A stretch of 64,000 nt of DNA from a bacterium (GTDB taxonomy: Bacteria > Patescibacteriota > Minisyncoccia > Phycocordibacterales > UBA6065), in NCBI GenBank assembly GCA_030680695.1, contig JAUXUT010000149.1:357000-420999 (forward strand). Direction: 5' to 3'. Shown here one piece after another: positions 1 to 9,578 of the stretch. How positions within the stretch are numbered: the first letter of the stretch is position 1; each line of letters starts with the position of its first letter. A program made the translations under genes and the position numbers. The notes below the pieces were generated by a model. It was not told where the DNA came from, searched no databases, and saw only the letters and a program-made list of their open reading frames with translations.

Positions 1-565
1 CGATATCGGCCGGGTTTATCTCGACGTTCGTGTGTTTGCGGATCGGCAAAATAGCGATGGCCACGGTCGAGGTATGAACGCGACCCATTTTTTCTGTTTC
101 AGGAACACGTTGAACGCGATGAACGCCTGTCTCATAGCGGAGCTTTCGATACACATCGCGGCCGTGTATTTCCATAGACACTTCTTTGTATCCACCGACA
201 GATGCTCGGCTTTCATCAAGAAACGAAACCTGCCAGCCATTATTCTGTGCATATGCGCGGTACATGAGCGCGAGTTCCTCGGCAAATAATGCCGCCTCGT
301 CGCCACCCGCACCGGCACGGATTTCCATAATGAGCTCGTTCGGGAATTCTTCTTCCATTTTATCCGCAGCTTCAATTGCTTCAATCTGACGAACGACGTC
401 TTTCTTTTGTATGTCTATATTTTCAAGATCCGCGAGACCCATTTCAGCCATAGAGGTATCAGACGCCATAAGCGCCTTGAGTTCCGTTTCATCCTTCTCG
501 AGCTTCTCGTACATATCAGCGAGATAGGATGTCTTGTGATTCTGCTTGTATTTGGCTAAGTCCAT
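1..565 (-). CDS. prfA: Peptide chain release factor 1, partial (runs off the left edge)
   Basis: Hand translation from ATG 565: MDLAKYKQ...EIRAGAGGDEAALFA...YETGVHRVQRVPETEKMGRVHTST, with the PET (PxT) motif of RF1. Not in the ORF track because there is no stop in the window. Confidence 0.95.
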   Translation of the reverse strand, partial: MDLAKYKQNHKTSYLADMYEKLEKDETELKALMASDTSMAEMGLADLENIDIQKKDVVRQIEAIEAADKMEEEFPNELIMEIRAGAGGDEAALFAEELALMYRAYAQNNGWQVSFLDESRASVGGYKEVSMEIHGRDVYRKLRYETGVHRVQRVPETEKMGRVHTSTVAIAILPIRKHTNVEINPADI

Positions 566-585
566 GATGATTGTTTGAAAGTATA

Positions 586-624
586 GCAAAAAGAACCTGT
601 TCCCGAGGAACAGGTTCTTTTTGC
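586..624 (-). terminator. Intrinsic terminator after rpmE
   Basis: Perfect 18-bp inverted repeat GCAAAAAGAACCTGTTCC-CGA-GGAACAGGTTCTTTTTGC. Confidence 0.8.
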
Positions 625-625
625 G

Positions 626-898
626 TTAAGCCTTCTTGGCCTTATTTGCTGACGATGCTGCGCTGCGGGCCTTGAACTTCTCGACGCGTCCAGCGGTGTC
701 GATAACAGTCTCGTTTCCAGTATAGAACGGATGTGAGGCCGATGAGATTTCGACAGTGTATAGAGGATATTCCTTGCCGTCCTCCCATTTGTCGTTCTCT
801 TTTGTGTCTACGGTAGAGCTTATCAAAAAGCGCACCTTAGACGAGTTGTCCTGGAAGATGACTGGGCGATAGTTCTTTGAATGTATGTCCTTTTTCAT
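626..898 (-). CDS. rpmE: 50S ribosomal protein L31 type B (Zn-free)
   Basis: [14 protein letters not shown]...[12 protein letters not shown]...DTAGRVEKF. Confidence 0.95.
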   Translation of the reverse strand: MKKDIHSKNYRPVIFQDNSSKVRFLISSTVDTKENDKWEDGKEYPLYTVEISSASHPFYTGNETVIDTAGRVEKFKARSAASSANKAKKA

Positions 899-972
899 GA
901 GGTTCAAACTATAGCGTACGAGTGTCCGAAAAGCAAGAAAGGGCGCACCATGGCGCCCTTTCAGGGACTGTT

Positions 973-1125
973 CTAGCTCTGTCCGCCCTTGCGTCCTGCT
1001 TCGCGCGCCCTTTCACGGTCGTTCGCGAAGTTGCCCGGGTTATTGTTCTGGCCCTGGTTCTGGCCGCGCTGATCTCCGTCACGATCATCTGCCATATTGT
1101 CACGATCGTTGTCGTTGTTAGCCAT
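973..1125 (-). CDS. KGG-motif general stress protein (YciG/Con-10-like), 50 aa
   Basis: Hand translation [50 protein letters not shown]. Followed by hairpin GAAAGGGCGC...GCGCCCTTTC near 937-962. Confidence 0.85.
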   Translation of the reverse strand: MANNDNDRDNMADDRDGDQRGQNQGQNNNPGNFANDRERAREAGRKGGQS

Positions 1126-1236
1126 ATATTTTATTGTGGTTTAGGTCTAAGCATTCCACAGGGGTGCGGTCATATCTGAGTGCCCTGCCTAGATAGTACG
1201 AGCGGCTTTGCGAAATCTTTCTGCCGCCAGGGCTCG

Positions 1237-2625
1237 CTAGCGACCGATTATGACGTTTATCATATTAGTTTGGATATTTGCTGCTTTTGCCATAACCTGA
1301 TCGCCGTAAAATACATTGGCTGGAACACGACCTGGTGTGCATTTGGTCCCTGAATAATAACGACAGGCAGCATCACGCTCATTTGTGTAACCCCCACCAC
1401 TCGCACCGCGGTCTGAAAGAAGAATAGCGGTCGCCATAATTGCGTGTTTTGGATCCCAAGGATTAGCCTGATCCCCTCTTATCCCAAAAGCTTTGCCAAC
1501 GCGATCCTTAATGAGTTCCCATGTGGACGGAATAAACTGAGTATAGCCCATGGCACCACCGAACCCGCGCCCTGAAAAGTACTTTGCTGACGGCGGACAT
1601 GACACGGGAGTAGATTTCCAGTCCTTATTGAGTCTTGTTGTTATAGAAATGAAAGGAACTGTGTCACGTGGTGCAAACATCACTCGCTCAAATGCCGTGC
1701 CCGAATTCATGCCTTTGCCGTCCCCTGTTACGCTATCAGTAACAAGACATCTTCCTATATTCTTTCCAAAATCGGTCTCTTGTTGAAAAATAGCAAGGAT
1801 GAACGCTGACCTTACGCCAGTTACTTTTGATGCGGCCTCCGCCGCATCGTAAGCATCCCCGAAAGGTACACCATCTCCTGCAACGAGCTCGAAAAGTGTT
1901 GCTCGGATTCTTGATATCTCCGCCTGCTTTCCAGCAACGTATTGTTGATACGTTTTAAGTTCGCCGTTCTTTATGGCAAGGAGCTGGGCCTGCTCGACTT
2001 TTTTCTTGTTAACGAGATTCTGATCTGCTTCAAGTGCCTTTCTTGCATCAGCCTCCTTTACCTTGCGATCTTCAAGTGTGGCTTTTTCCCCTTCAGTCTG
2101 GCTTTTGTATTCCCTAACCTCGTCCACCAGTGTGTTGAGCGAGCCTTTCAGTGTCTGAAACGAATCTACTTCAATAAAAAAATCTGACATCGCGCCGCGC
2201 TTGAGCAATATTTCTGGGAGCGATATAGCGTCGCTCTGGTCCGTACGGCGGATGAGATTGGCTAGAGACGCATGACTCCTGTCGAGCTTGCCCTCCAACT
2301 CGTTCACGGTATTTGCCTTACTACCAATGTCTTTGGTGAGCCCCTCGATGGTCAGAGTACGTAAACGAATCTTAGCCTGAAGAGCCTTAATCTCGGCATC
2401 GATGAGGGCGATAGCTTGTTCGATTGATGACTTCTGGCCTTGGATGCGGGTCACATCCTTGTTTAGGGCCTCTACCTCGGCCTGAAGACGCTTTTCTTCT
2501 TCACGAAGCTGGGCTTCATATGCGGCAGAAGACGACTGGGCGGTGGCCTGAAATGGCGCTGCAAAGCCCGACAGTATACCCAGGGCCGCCAAAAAAGCCA
2601 AAGTGAACGTCAAAGACTTCTTCAT
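1237..2625 (-). CDS. Secreted coiled-coil protein with C-terminal lytic murein transglycosylase domain
   Basis: Signal peptide, long coiled coil, then AIFQQETDFG (catalytic Glu), GAMGYTQFIPSTW and NPWDPKHAI motifs. Confidence 0.85.
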   Translation of the reverse strand: MKKSLTFTLAFLAALGILSGFAAPFQATAQSSSAAYEAQLREEEKRLQAEVEALNKDVTRIQGQKSSIEQAIALIDAEIKALQAKIRLRTLTIEGLTKDIGSKANTVNELEGKLDRSHASLANLIRRTDQSDAISLPEILLKRGAMSDFFIEVDSFQTLKGSLNTLVDEVREYKSQTEGEKATLEDRKVKEADARKALEADQNLVNKKKVEQAQLLAIKNGELKTYQQYVAGKQAEISRIRATLFELVAGDGVPFGDAYDAAEAASKVTGVRSAFILAIFQQETDFGKNIGRCLVTDSVTGDGKGMNSGTAFERVMFAPRDTVPFISITTRLNKDWKSTPVSCPPSAKYFSGRGFGGAMGYTQFIPSTWELIKDRVGKAFGIRGDQANPWDPKHAIMATAILLSDRGASGGGYTNERDAACRYYSGTKCTPGRVPANVFYGDQVMAKAANIQTNMINVIIGR

Positions 2626-2664
2626 AGGCAGCAATTATATCACGGACGGGTCTTTCCAGACGAA

Positions 2665-2694
2665 AGAAAAAGAGGTCTTGTGACCTCTTTTTCT
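2665..2694 (-). terminator. Intrinsic terminator after rplY
   Basis: AGAAAAAGAGGTC-TTGT-GACCTCTTTTTCT inverted repeat. Confidence 0.75.
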
Positions 2695-2698
2695 GGAG

Positions 2699-3364
2699 CT
2701 ATTTGTTGTCCTCGTCTGCGGCGGCTTCACCTTCAGCGCCTTCCTTGGCTTCCTTGCCCTTCTTCTCAACTTCGATAGCAGAAAGGTCTATTGGAGCTAC
2801 TGGTTCCTCTGGCTCGTCCTTAGGTTCGTATACAGATGCGACGATTTCTTCTGCACCAGTCGCGAGGGTAACGCCATGAGGAAGTTTAACGTCCTTGGCA
2901 GTAACAACAGACTTGAAATCAACGAGGCTGGTGATGTCTACCTCGATCTTGTGTGGCAAGTCCTTAGGGAGTGCCTCGACTTCGAGGTCATGGAGAACCT
3001 TAACAAGCGTTCCGCCGAGATCCTTGACTGCAGGGGCGACACCAACGAAATCAAGAGGTACACCGACCTTGAGGGTCTTGCCCTTCTCGAACACGTAGAA
3101 ATCTGCGTGCATTGGTTTGCTGGTGACCGGGTGGAGGTCGAGATCATGGATGAGAGACTCGACTTCGATGCCCTCGCCATTGAGGATAACCACGGTCGAT
3201 TCACCCGCAGCCTTGTAAGCCTTAATGAAATCGTTGACGGCGATGGATATAGGAGTCGATGCTTCCTTCTTGCCGTAAAACACTGCAGGCATCCTGCCGG
3301 ACTTGCGGAGTGCCGCGAGGTCTGCGTTAATGTCCCTTTTCTCTACGTTGAGCGTTATTGCCAT
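2699..3364 (-). CDS. rplY: 50S ribosomal protein L25 (Ctc/TL5 type)
   Basis: LRKSGRMPAVFYG...HPVTSKPMHADFY...VEALPKDLP, acidic tail. Confidence 0.95.
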   Translation of the reverse strand: MAITLNVEKRDINADLAALRKSGRMPAVFYGKKEASTPISIAVNDFIKAYKAAGESTVVILNGEGIEVESLIHDLDLHPVTSKPMHADFYVFEKGKTLKVGVPLDFVGVAPAVKDLGGTLVKVLHDLEVEALPKDLPHKIEVDITSLVDFKSVVTAKDVKLPHGVTLATGAEEIVASVYEPKDEPEEPVAPIDLSAIEVEKKGKEAKEGAEGEAAADEDNK

Positions 3365-3417
3365 AGGTTTCCTAGTATATACGGAACTTGAAAATTGTAA
3401 AGAAGGGCTGTACCTGG

Positions 3418-4251
3418 CTATGGCTTAAGCTTGTAGAATACCTTGTTGCCTGAATCGAGGCGCATATAATCGAGAGACGAGAGAAATGCCGTTGTCGAAG
3501 AGGCGATGGATCGGTCTGAAAGCACCGCGGCCAAATTTAGCAAGGTTGTGGAAAGGTCGTCAGATGTGTTCACTATAAGTCTGCCTCCCTGCCCAAGAAG
3601 CACGTCTATATATCCCGCATCCTTGAACCACACTTCGCGTGGGTCGACGCCTAGCTTTCCAAGTTCGCGCACAAAAAACTGCATGCGCCTGAAATCCTCG
3701 CTCGGTGCGACCTGCTTGCCTTCTGGCTCACCCATCGGCTCGCCACGATAAGCAATAACCGTCCTTGTAGAAGATCGGTCAAAGATAAGTCCGTTCTCGT
3801 CAACCGAAAAACATCCGACGTCCCTTCCGTCTAATGCGATATCGCCTTCACCATCCGAACACCATCGCGCATCTTCCTCTCGTTCCACGACATTTATCTC
3901 TATTTTTTTGAGCCATGAACGGTCAACGTCGACACTTTTCGCGGCAGGCAATGCTGCGACTGCGTTACGAATAGCTCGGCGTGGATACAAAAATGCATTG
4001 TTGCGAGAAAAAAGTCCGATGTAATTGCCAGACAGTTTCTCGTTGGCGATGGTCCGTATCGTTTCTGATTGGATGCGAGTGTTGCCCGAAACATCAATGA
4101 CTGACAAGGACATGAAATCTAGATGTGACAGCCAGGCCAAACCGAAAAACACGACGAGCGCAAGGGCGAGCCAGAGGATACCGGCCCACGTGAGACGCTT
4201 GCGCTTCCTCGCCTCGATGCCTTTCTGCGCTATCTTCACCTTACTGCGCAT
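3418..4251 (-). CDS. FtsQ/DivIB-like cell division protein (TM + POTRA)
   Basis: Basic N-terminus, one TM helix, IDVSGNTRI POTRA start, C-terminal YMRLDSGNKVFYK. Confidence 0.7.
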   Translation of the reverse strand: MRSKVKIAQKGIEARKRKRLTWAGILWLALALVVFFGLAWLSHLDFMSLSVIDVSGNTRIQSETIRTIANEKLSGNYIGLFSRNNAFLYPRRAIRNAVAALPAAKSVDVDRSWLKKIEINVVEREEDARWCSDGEGDIALDGRDVGCFSVDENGLIFDRSSTRTVIAYRGEPMGEPEGKQVAPSEDFRRMQFFVRELGKLGVDPREVWFKDAGYIDVLLGQGGRLIVNTSDDLSTTLLNLAAVLSDRSIASSTTAFLSSLDYMRLDSGNKVFYKLKP

Positions 4252-4264
4252 GGTATGGCGTAGA

Positions 4265-5527
4265 TTATGCCTTTATGCAATCTGAACCGAAGTATTTCTG
4301 GAGGACTTGCGGAATACGGACTGATCCGTCGGCGTTCTGGTTGTTCTCGATGAGTGACACGAGAATGCGTGGTGTTGGGATAGCGGTGCAGTTCAATGAA
4401 TGCGCATAGCGGAGCTTGCCTTCAGCGTCCTTATATCGAATGTTGAAACGCCTGCACTGAAAGTCATGGAAATAAGAAGCTGAGGAAATCTCGCGATACT
4501 TACCTTCTTTTGGAACCCAGAGATTGACGTCGTATTTCTTGACCTGACCGAGACCAAGGTCGCCACCACAGTTCGCCACGGTCTGGTATGGAATGCCGAG
4601 CGACTCGATGAATTCCTCGGTATTGCGGTTAATCTCCTCATGTAGGGCCACCGATGCCTCGTGGGATGCCTCGCAGAGCACGACTTGTTCGAGTTTGTAA
4701 AATTCGTGGACGCGGATGAGGCCTTTCACGTCTTTTGAATGGCTACCGGCTTCGCGGCGGAAACATGGCGAGAAGCCGAGATATTTTACCGGAAAAGTTT
4801 TTGCATCAAGAACCTCTTCACTGTGCATAGCCATGAGCGGTACCTCGGCAGTTCCTGCTAGAACATCGCCATCTTGAGTTGTATAAAAATCCTCAACGTC
4901 GCCGGGCAAGTGTGCTGTGCCGTATAGATTCTGCTTGCGGACAATGACTGGTGGAATAACAGGTGTGAATCCTTTTGCTGAAAAGAAGTCCATTGCGTAC
5001 TGCCAAATAGCGAACGAGAGACGTGCACCGGCGCCTGTGAGGAAATATCCTCGGAAACCGTGGACCTTTGCGCCACGTTCAAAATCAACCATTTTAAGGG
5101 CGGTCATAATCTCGACATGATCCTTGGCTGGGAAATCAAAAGCAGTTTTGTCGCCCCAAGCCTTTACTTCTTTATTATCTGCGTCGTTGTCACCATCAGG
5201 AACAGACATATCTGGTACATTCGGCACGGCGAGCATGAGGGCCTGCCATTCCTTCATTGTTTCTTTGAGCTTCTCTTCTTCTGCTTGAAGCTCGCCCTTG
5301 AGTTTCTTCATCGATTCGAGAAGTTCTGCCTTAAGAGCGGCGTCTACGGACGGAAGTTTTGCCGACACAGCGTTCTGCTCTGCCCTCTTGGCTTCAATCG
5401 ATGTAAGGAGCATTTTGCGGAGATCGTCGAGAGCGACGAGTGCATCAATATCAACATTGACGTGCTTCTTGATGGCGCCAGCCTTCACTATGTCTTTATT
5501 CTCGCGGATGAATTTGATGTCGAGCAT
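4265..5527 (-). CDS. serS: Serine--tRNA ligase
   Basis: MLDIKFIREN, GTAEVPL, FRREAG, GLIRVHEF, EISSAS, HSLNCT. Confidence 0.97.
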   Translation of the reverse strand: MLDIKFIRENKDIVKAGAIKKHVNVDIDALVALDDLRKMLLTSIEAKRAEQNAVSAKLPSVDAALKAELLESMKKLKGELQAEEEKLKETMKEWQALMLAVPNVPDMSVPDGDNDADNKEVKAWGDKTAFDFPAKDHVEIMTALKMVDFERGAKVHGFRGYFLTGAGARLSFAIWQYAMDFFSAKGFTPVIPPVIVRKQNLYGTAHLPGDVEDFYTTQDGDVLAGTAEVPLMAMHSEEVLDAKTFPVKYLGFSPCFRREAGSHSKDVKGLIRVHEFYKLEQVVLCEASHEASVALHEEINRNTEEFIESLGIPYQTVANCGGDLGLGQVKKYDVNLWVPKEGKYREISSASYFHDFQCRRFNIRYKDAEGKLRYAHSLNCTAIPTPRILVSLIENNQNADGSVRIPQVLQKYFGSDCIKA

Positions 5528-5606
5528 GGGAGTTGATTGGTCTTGATGGTTTCTTTATCTGCCTTGAGTCGTAGAAGCGATGAACCAATACTACAATAAA
5601 AGGCCT

Positions 5607-6536
5607 ATGGATTCCATCTTCAATATACATAAAGTGCAACATGACATAAGAAAGGCCGATAGGTCCACCTGGGGCAAAGACCTGCCCCTGCTTGCACAAA
5701 TGACCTACCCACCGAGAGAGCTTTTCATTCGCGGCGAGGTTCCAGCCCAGGCCATCACGGCCGACGACGCACGTAACGGCAGTGGACACGTATATATGAC
5801 AATTGTTGGGTCGAGAAAGTTCACATCATACGGCAAAGAAGTATGCGAGACACTGATCAAGGGCCTGTGTGGGTTGCCTGTTGTCATAGTTTCTGGCCTT
5901 GCCTTGGGTATTGATTCGATTGCCCATCGCGCTGCGATTGATGCAGGGTTAAAAACTGTTGCCGTGCCAGGCTCGGGCATCGACGATGACAGTATATATC
6001 CAGCGTCCCATCTCACCCTTGCACAAAATATCCTCGAATCTGGCGGCGCCATCATCTCACCATTTCCGTCTGGTATGCGTGGCACCAATTGGATGTTCCC
6101 TACTCGCAATCGGATTATGGCTGGTATATCGCATGCGACGTTGGTCATTGAAGCGGACCTAAAATCTGGCACGTTGATAACGTCCAAACATGCGACCGAA
6201 TTTAATCGCGACGTATTCACAGTCCCAGGATCTATATTTTCGAATCAGAGCGCCGGACCGCATCAGCTGATGCGGTCCGGCGCGACGCCTATCGGCGATG
6301 TCGCCCAATTGCGGGAAGCTCTTGGATTTTCCGACGACGTTGGGCGTCCAGCCATGAACAGGAATCTCACCGATATCGAACTGCGCGTGCTTGCTGAACT
6401 TTCATCGCCAAAATCTATCGACTCGATTATTGAGACGCTTGGAATATCAGCGAGCGAGGCCAGCGTCGTTGTGTCGTCGCTCGAGATGAAGGGTATTGTG
6501 AAGACAGACGGCCAAATAGTAAGAATGGTTGACTAG
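5607..6536 (+). CDS. dprA: DNA-processing protein DprA
   Basis: IVGSRK, IVSGLALGIDSIAH, FPTRNRIMAG, SGTLIT, C-terminal winged helix. Start is 5607 or 5580. Confidence 0.95.
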   Translation: MDSIFNIHKVQHDIRKADRSTWGKDLPLLAQMTYPPRELFIRGEVPAQAITADDARNGSGHVYMTIVGSRKFTSYGKEVCETLIKGLCGLPVVIVSGLALGIDSIAHRAAIDAGLKTVAVPGSGIDDDSIYPASHLTLAQNILESGGAIISPFPSGMRGTNWMFPTRNRIMAGISHATLVIEADLKSGTLITSKHATEFNRDVFTVPGSIFSNQSAGPHQLMRSGATPIGDVAQLREALGFSDDVGRPAMNRNLTDIELRVLAELSSPKSIDSIIETLGISASEASVVVSSLEMKGIVKTDGQIVRMVD

Positions 6537-6596
6537 TGGTCAGCCAAATTGTATTATCCGCTGGAACTTCTCTCTTCAACCCCCCCCCTTGTTCCT

Positions 6597-7142
6597 ATGC
6601 ATATCTATATTGGATTGAGTAGCAGTCAGGTCTTCTCGGTTGTCCTTGGTCTGATTCTGCTGGTTGCGGCGATTGTGTTGGCCGTGATTAACCTCAAGCA
6701 AATCGCGGCAAACGGCAAAAAGCCACGTGTGACCATCAAGGTTCATACGCGGCTCGCCCACAGCAACTACAACGATTTGCCGTGTGACGTTTTCATCGTT
6801 CAGACACGGCCAGTCGGGGCAAATGGTGAACTCGTACGCGAGGCAATCGAACGGTCGGGGTACGCCTTCCCGAAGGAACTCATCACCGAATGGCTCACCA
6901 GTCATGCGTCGCTCCTACCTAAGGACGCGACGATTCTGGTCGAACTCAAACCACCCCAAGGCGACCAGAAAGCAGTGGTGACGGAAATCATCACTGACAT
7001 CGCCGGAAGGCCGTACCATGTCGGCACGATGGACTGCTTCCCGTCAGCGGACAGAGTATTTTACGCCGTCGTTGCGACAGAGGACGTCGCTGATACAATT
7101 CCGTATCGGTCAAAAAACAAATTGGTTCCGCATCGTGCGTGA
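6597..7142 (+). CDS. Hypothetical single-pass membrane protein
   Basis: ORF with an N-terminal TM helix. Own promoter TTGACT-17-TATTAT (6529-6557) and a downstream hairpin near 7148-7170. Confidence 0.65.
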   Translation: MHIYIGLSSSQVFSVVLGLILLVAAIVLAVINLKQIAANGKKPRVTIKVHTRLAHSNYNDLPCDVFIVQTRPVGANGELVREAIERSGYAFPKELITEWLTSHASLLPKDATILVELKPPQGDQKAVVTEIITDIAGRPYHVGTMDCFPSADRVFYAVVATEDVADTIPYRSKNKLVPHRA

Positions 7143-7259
7143 CCGCGAGCCGCCCTTACCAGGCGGCTTTCATTTGTCAAAACAGGACGCAACTATTCAT
7201 GCTTTATTCGTTTCAAAGAGTTGCTAATCTTTTCTAGCTCGTGTAATACTTGCCCACAT

Positions 7260-9521
7260 ATGAGCAAACTTCTCATCGTAGAGTCGCCGGCAAAAGCAAA
7301 AACAATCGGGAAGTATCTCGGCGACGAATATGTCGTTGTTGCATCGGTCGGCCATGTGCGCGACCTGCCGAAATCAAACAAAAAGGCCATCGATATGGAA
7401 AGCTTTACGCCCCATTACGTTGTGTCCGAAGGCAAGGAATCAGTTCTTGCCGATATCAAACGTCTCGCCAAAAAATCTGATGAGGTCTTGCTCGCAACCG
7501 ACCCCGACCGCGAGGGTGAGGCTATCGCATGGCACATCGCCGAAGCCGTAGAATTCGGTGACAAACCGGTACGCCGCGTGGTATTCAACGAAATAACCAA
7601 GGACGCGATTATTGAGGCCCTCAAAAGCCCGCGCGACATCGATCAGAACCTACGCCAGGCACAAGAGGCCCGCCGTGTCCTCGACCGCCTCGTCGGATAC
7701 GACCTTTCTGGCATCATTTGGCAAAAGGTTCGTTATGGATTGTCGGCGGGCCGTGTGCAATCCCCCGCTCTCCGCATCCTAGTCGAACGCGAACGAGAAA
7801 TAGAAGCTTTTAAACCGGAAGGTTATTTTACTATCGTCGCCGAGACAAAAGCCGACACAAAAACAAACAAGAATGAATCTGCGTCGCTTTCACTCACCTG
7901 TTCTGAAGAACCCCGCGACCAAAAAGAAGCCGGCCGAATAGTAACCGTCGGCAAGAAAGAAGTTTGGTCCGTCGCAGACGTACAGGAAACCGAAGCCAAG
8001 CGATCTCCTAAGGCACCATTCACTACATCAACCCTGCAACAGGCGGCTTCGACACGTCTTGGATTCTCGCCATCTCGAACAATGCGTGCCGCCCAAAAAC
8101 TCTATGAAGCTGGCCACATCACGTACATGCGAACCGACTCGACTAACCTTTCAAAACAAGCTGTCGCAAATATAGCAGGCACAATCGAAAAGTTGTTCGG
8201 CAAAGAACTCGTCGAAACGCGCGTATACGCTACGAAATCCAAAAATGCCCAGGAGGCTCACGAAGCTGTCCGCCCAACAGACGCAAACAAACGCGCGGCC
8301 GGATCAACTGATGACGAAAAAAGGTTGTATGGTCTCGTCTGGGCTCGCACCGTCGCGTCGCAAATGAAAGACGGCCGGGTCATGCGCACTAAAATACTCG
8401 CAAACATCGCTTCCAAATCCGTGCCAGATTTCCAGGCAAACGGTTCACGCACCATATACAAAGGATGGCTCGAAGCAGATCCGGCCGCACAAGGCGACGA
8501 CGTCGAATTGCCAAAAGTTTCGAAAGGCGACGCTCTTTCACTCGTCGACATCGTGGCCACCCAGAAATTCACCGAACCACCATCACGATATTCCGAGGCG
8601 GGCCTCGTCAAAGAGCTCGAATCACGCGGCATTGGTCGACCATCCACATACGCATCGATCATCAAGACGCTCGAAGACCGCGAATATGTGACCAAGGAAG
8701 GACGATCGCTCAAACCAACTGACACGGGCATGGTGGTAAGCTCGTTCCTCGAAGATAATTTTGGACAATATATAAGTGACACCTTCACCGCTGAAATGGA
8801 AGACAAGCTCGACGCCATCGCAGACGGTTCGATGGGATACGAGAAAACCCTCGCTGATTTCTATAAACCATTCAGCAAGGAAGTAAAAGCAAAAGAAAAA
8901 CTCGACAAAGCCACCACCCTCGGCGAGGCAGACCCTTCGATGAAATGTCCGAAGTGCGGCGGTTCCATGATCATCAAGCTCGGCCGATCAGGCAAATTCC
9001 TGTCCTGCGCCAAATACCCGGACTGTGACGGCGCCCTTATGTTGGATGGAACAGAAATGCCAAAAGACAAGGTCATCGGCGTTCATCCCGCGCACAACGT
9101 TCCGATCACGCTAAAGTCCGGAAAATACGGCCCGTATGTCGAAATCGAACTGCCACCAGATCCAGAACCTGTTCCTGTGGAAGGCGAAAAGAAAAAGCGA
9201 AAATCAAAAAAGGCTCCAAAACCAAAACTCCGTCGCGCATCTGTACCAAAGGAAGTAAAACCCGAAGAAGTCACCCTCGACCAGGCCGTGCATTACCTTT
9301 CATTGCCACGCCAGCTCGGCACTCATCCTAAAACACAAAAAGTCATCACTGCAAATATAGGCAGATTCGGCCCATACATCGTCCATGACGGCGATTTCCG
9401 CTCAATCAAAAAAGCGTCGGGCGACGATGTGTACAAGATAGGGCTTGATCGAGCTCTCGAGATGCTCAAAGAACCGAAGAAACCGCGAGGATTTAATAAG
9501 AAGAAAAAGCTTGACAAATAG
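7260..9521 (+). CDS. topA: DNA topoisomerase I
   Basis: LLIVESPAKAKTI, ATDPDREGE, SAGRVQS, ITYMRTDS, C4 zinc finger, C-terminal GRFGPY repeats. Confidence 0.97.
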   Translation: MSKLLIVESPAKAKTIGKYLGDEYVVVASVGHVRDLPKSNKKAIDMESFTPHYVVSEGKESVLADIKRLAKKSDEVLLATDPDREGEAIAWHIAEAVEFGDKPVRRVVFNEITKDAIIEALKSPRDIDQNLRQAQEARRVLDRLVGYDLSGIIWQKVRYGLSAGRVQSPALRILVEREREIEAFKPEGYFTIVAETKADTKTNKNESASLSLTCSEEPRDQKEAGRIVTVGKKEVWSVADVQETEAKRSPKAPFTTSTLQQAASTRLGFSPSRTMRAAQKLYEAGHITYMRTDSTNLSKQAVANIAGTIEKLFGKELVETRVYATKSKNAQEAHEAVRPTDANKRAAGSTDDEKRLYGLVWARTVASQMKDGRVMRTKILANIASKSVPDFQANGSRTIYKGWLEADPAAQGDDVELPKVSKGDALSLVDIVATQKFTEPPSRYSEAGLVKELESRGIGRPSTYASIIKTLEDREYVTKEGRSLKPTDTGMVVSSFLEDNFGQYISDTFTAEMEDKLDAIADGSMGYEKTLADFYKPFSKEVKAKEKLDKATTLGEADPSMKCPKCGGSMIIKLGRSGKFLSCAKYPDCDGALMLDGTEMPKDKVIGVHPAHNVPITLKSGKYGPYVEIELPPDPEPVPVEGEKKKRKSKKAPKPKLRRASVPKEVKPEEVTLDQAVHYLSLPRQLGTHPKTQKVITANIGRFGPYIVHDGDFRSIKKASGDDVYKIGLDRALEMLKEPKKPRGFNKKKKLDK

Positions 9522-9539
9522 GCCTCACGGGTGTATAAT
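9511..9539 (+). promoter_or_regulatory. Consensus sigma70 promoter pointing antisense into parB
   Basis: TTGACA-17-TATAAT with GGGTG directly before the -10. Confidence 0.65.
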
Positions 9540-9578
9540 TAGGGTATAAGCTAGTTAAAACCCTGGTGCTTTAAGCCT

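Noticed and set aside
909-1179. ORF-track calls 909-1103 and 922-1179
   Set aside because: A different frame (973-1125, -) gives a clear KGG-family peptide.
1178-1238. Possible riboswitch upstream of the KGG gene (GCCCTG/CAGGGC, GCGGC/GCCGC stems)
   Set aside because: No recognisable aptamer consensus and no GA-core; it may simply end the transglycosylase transcript.
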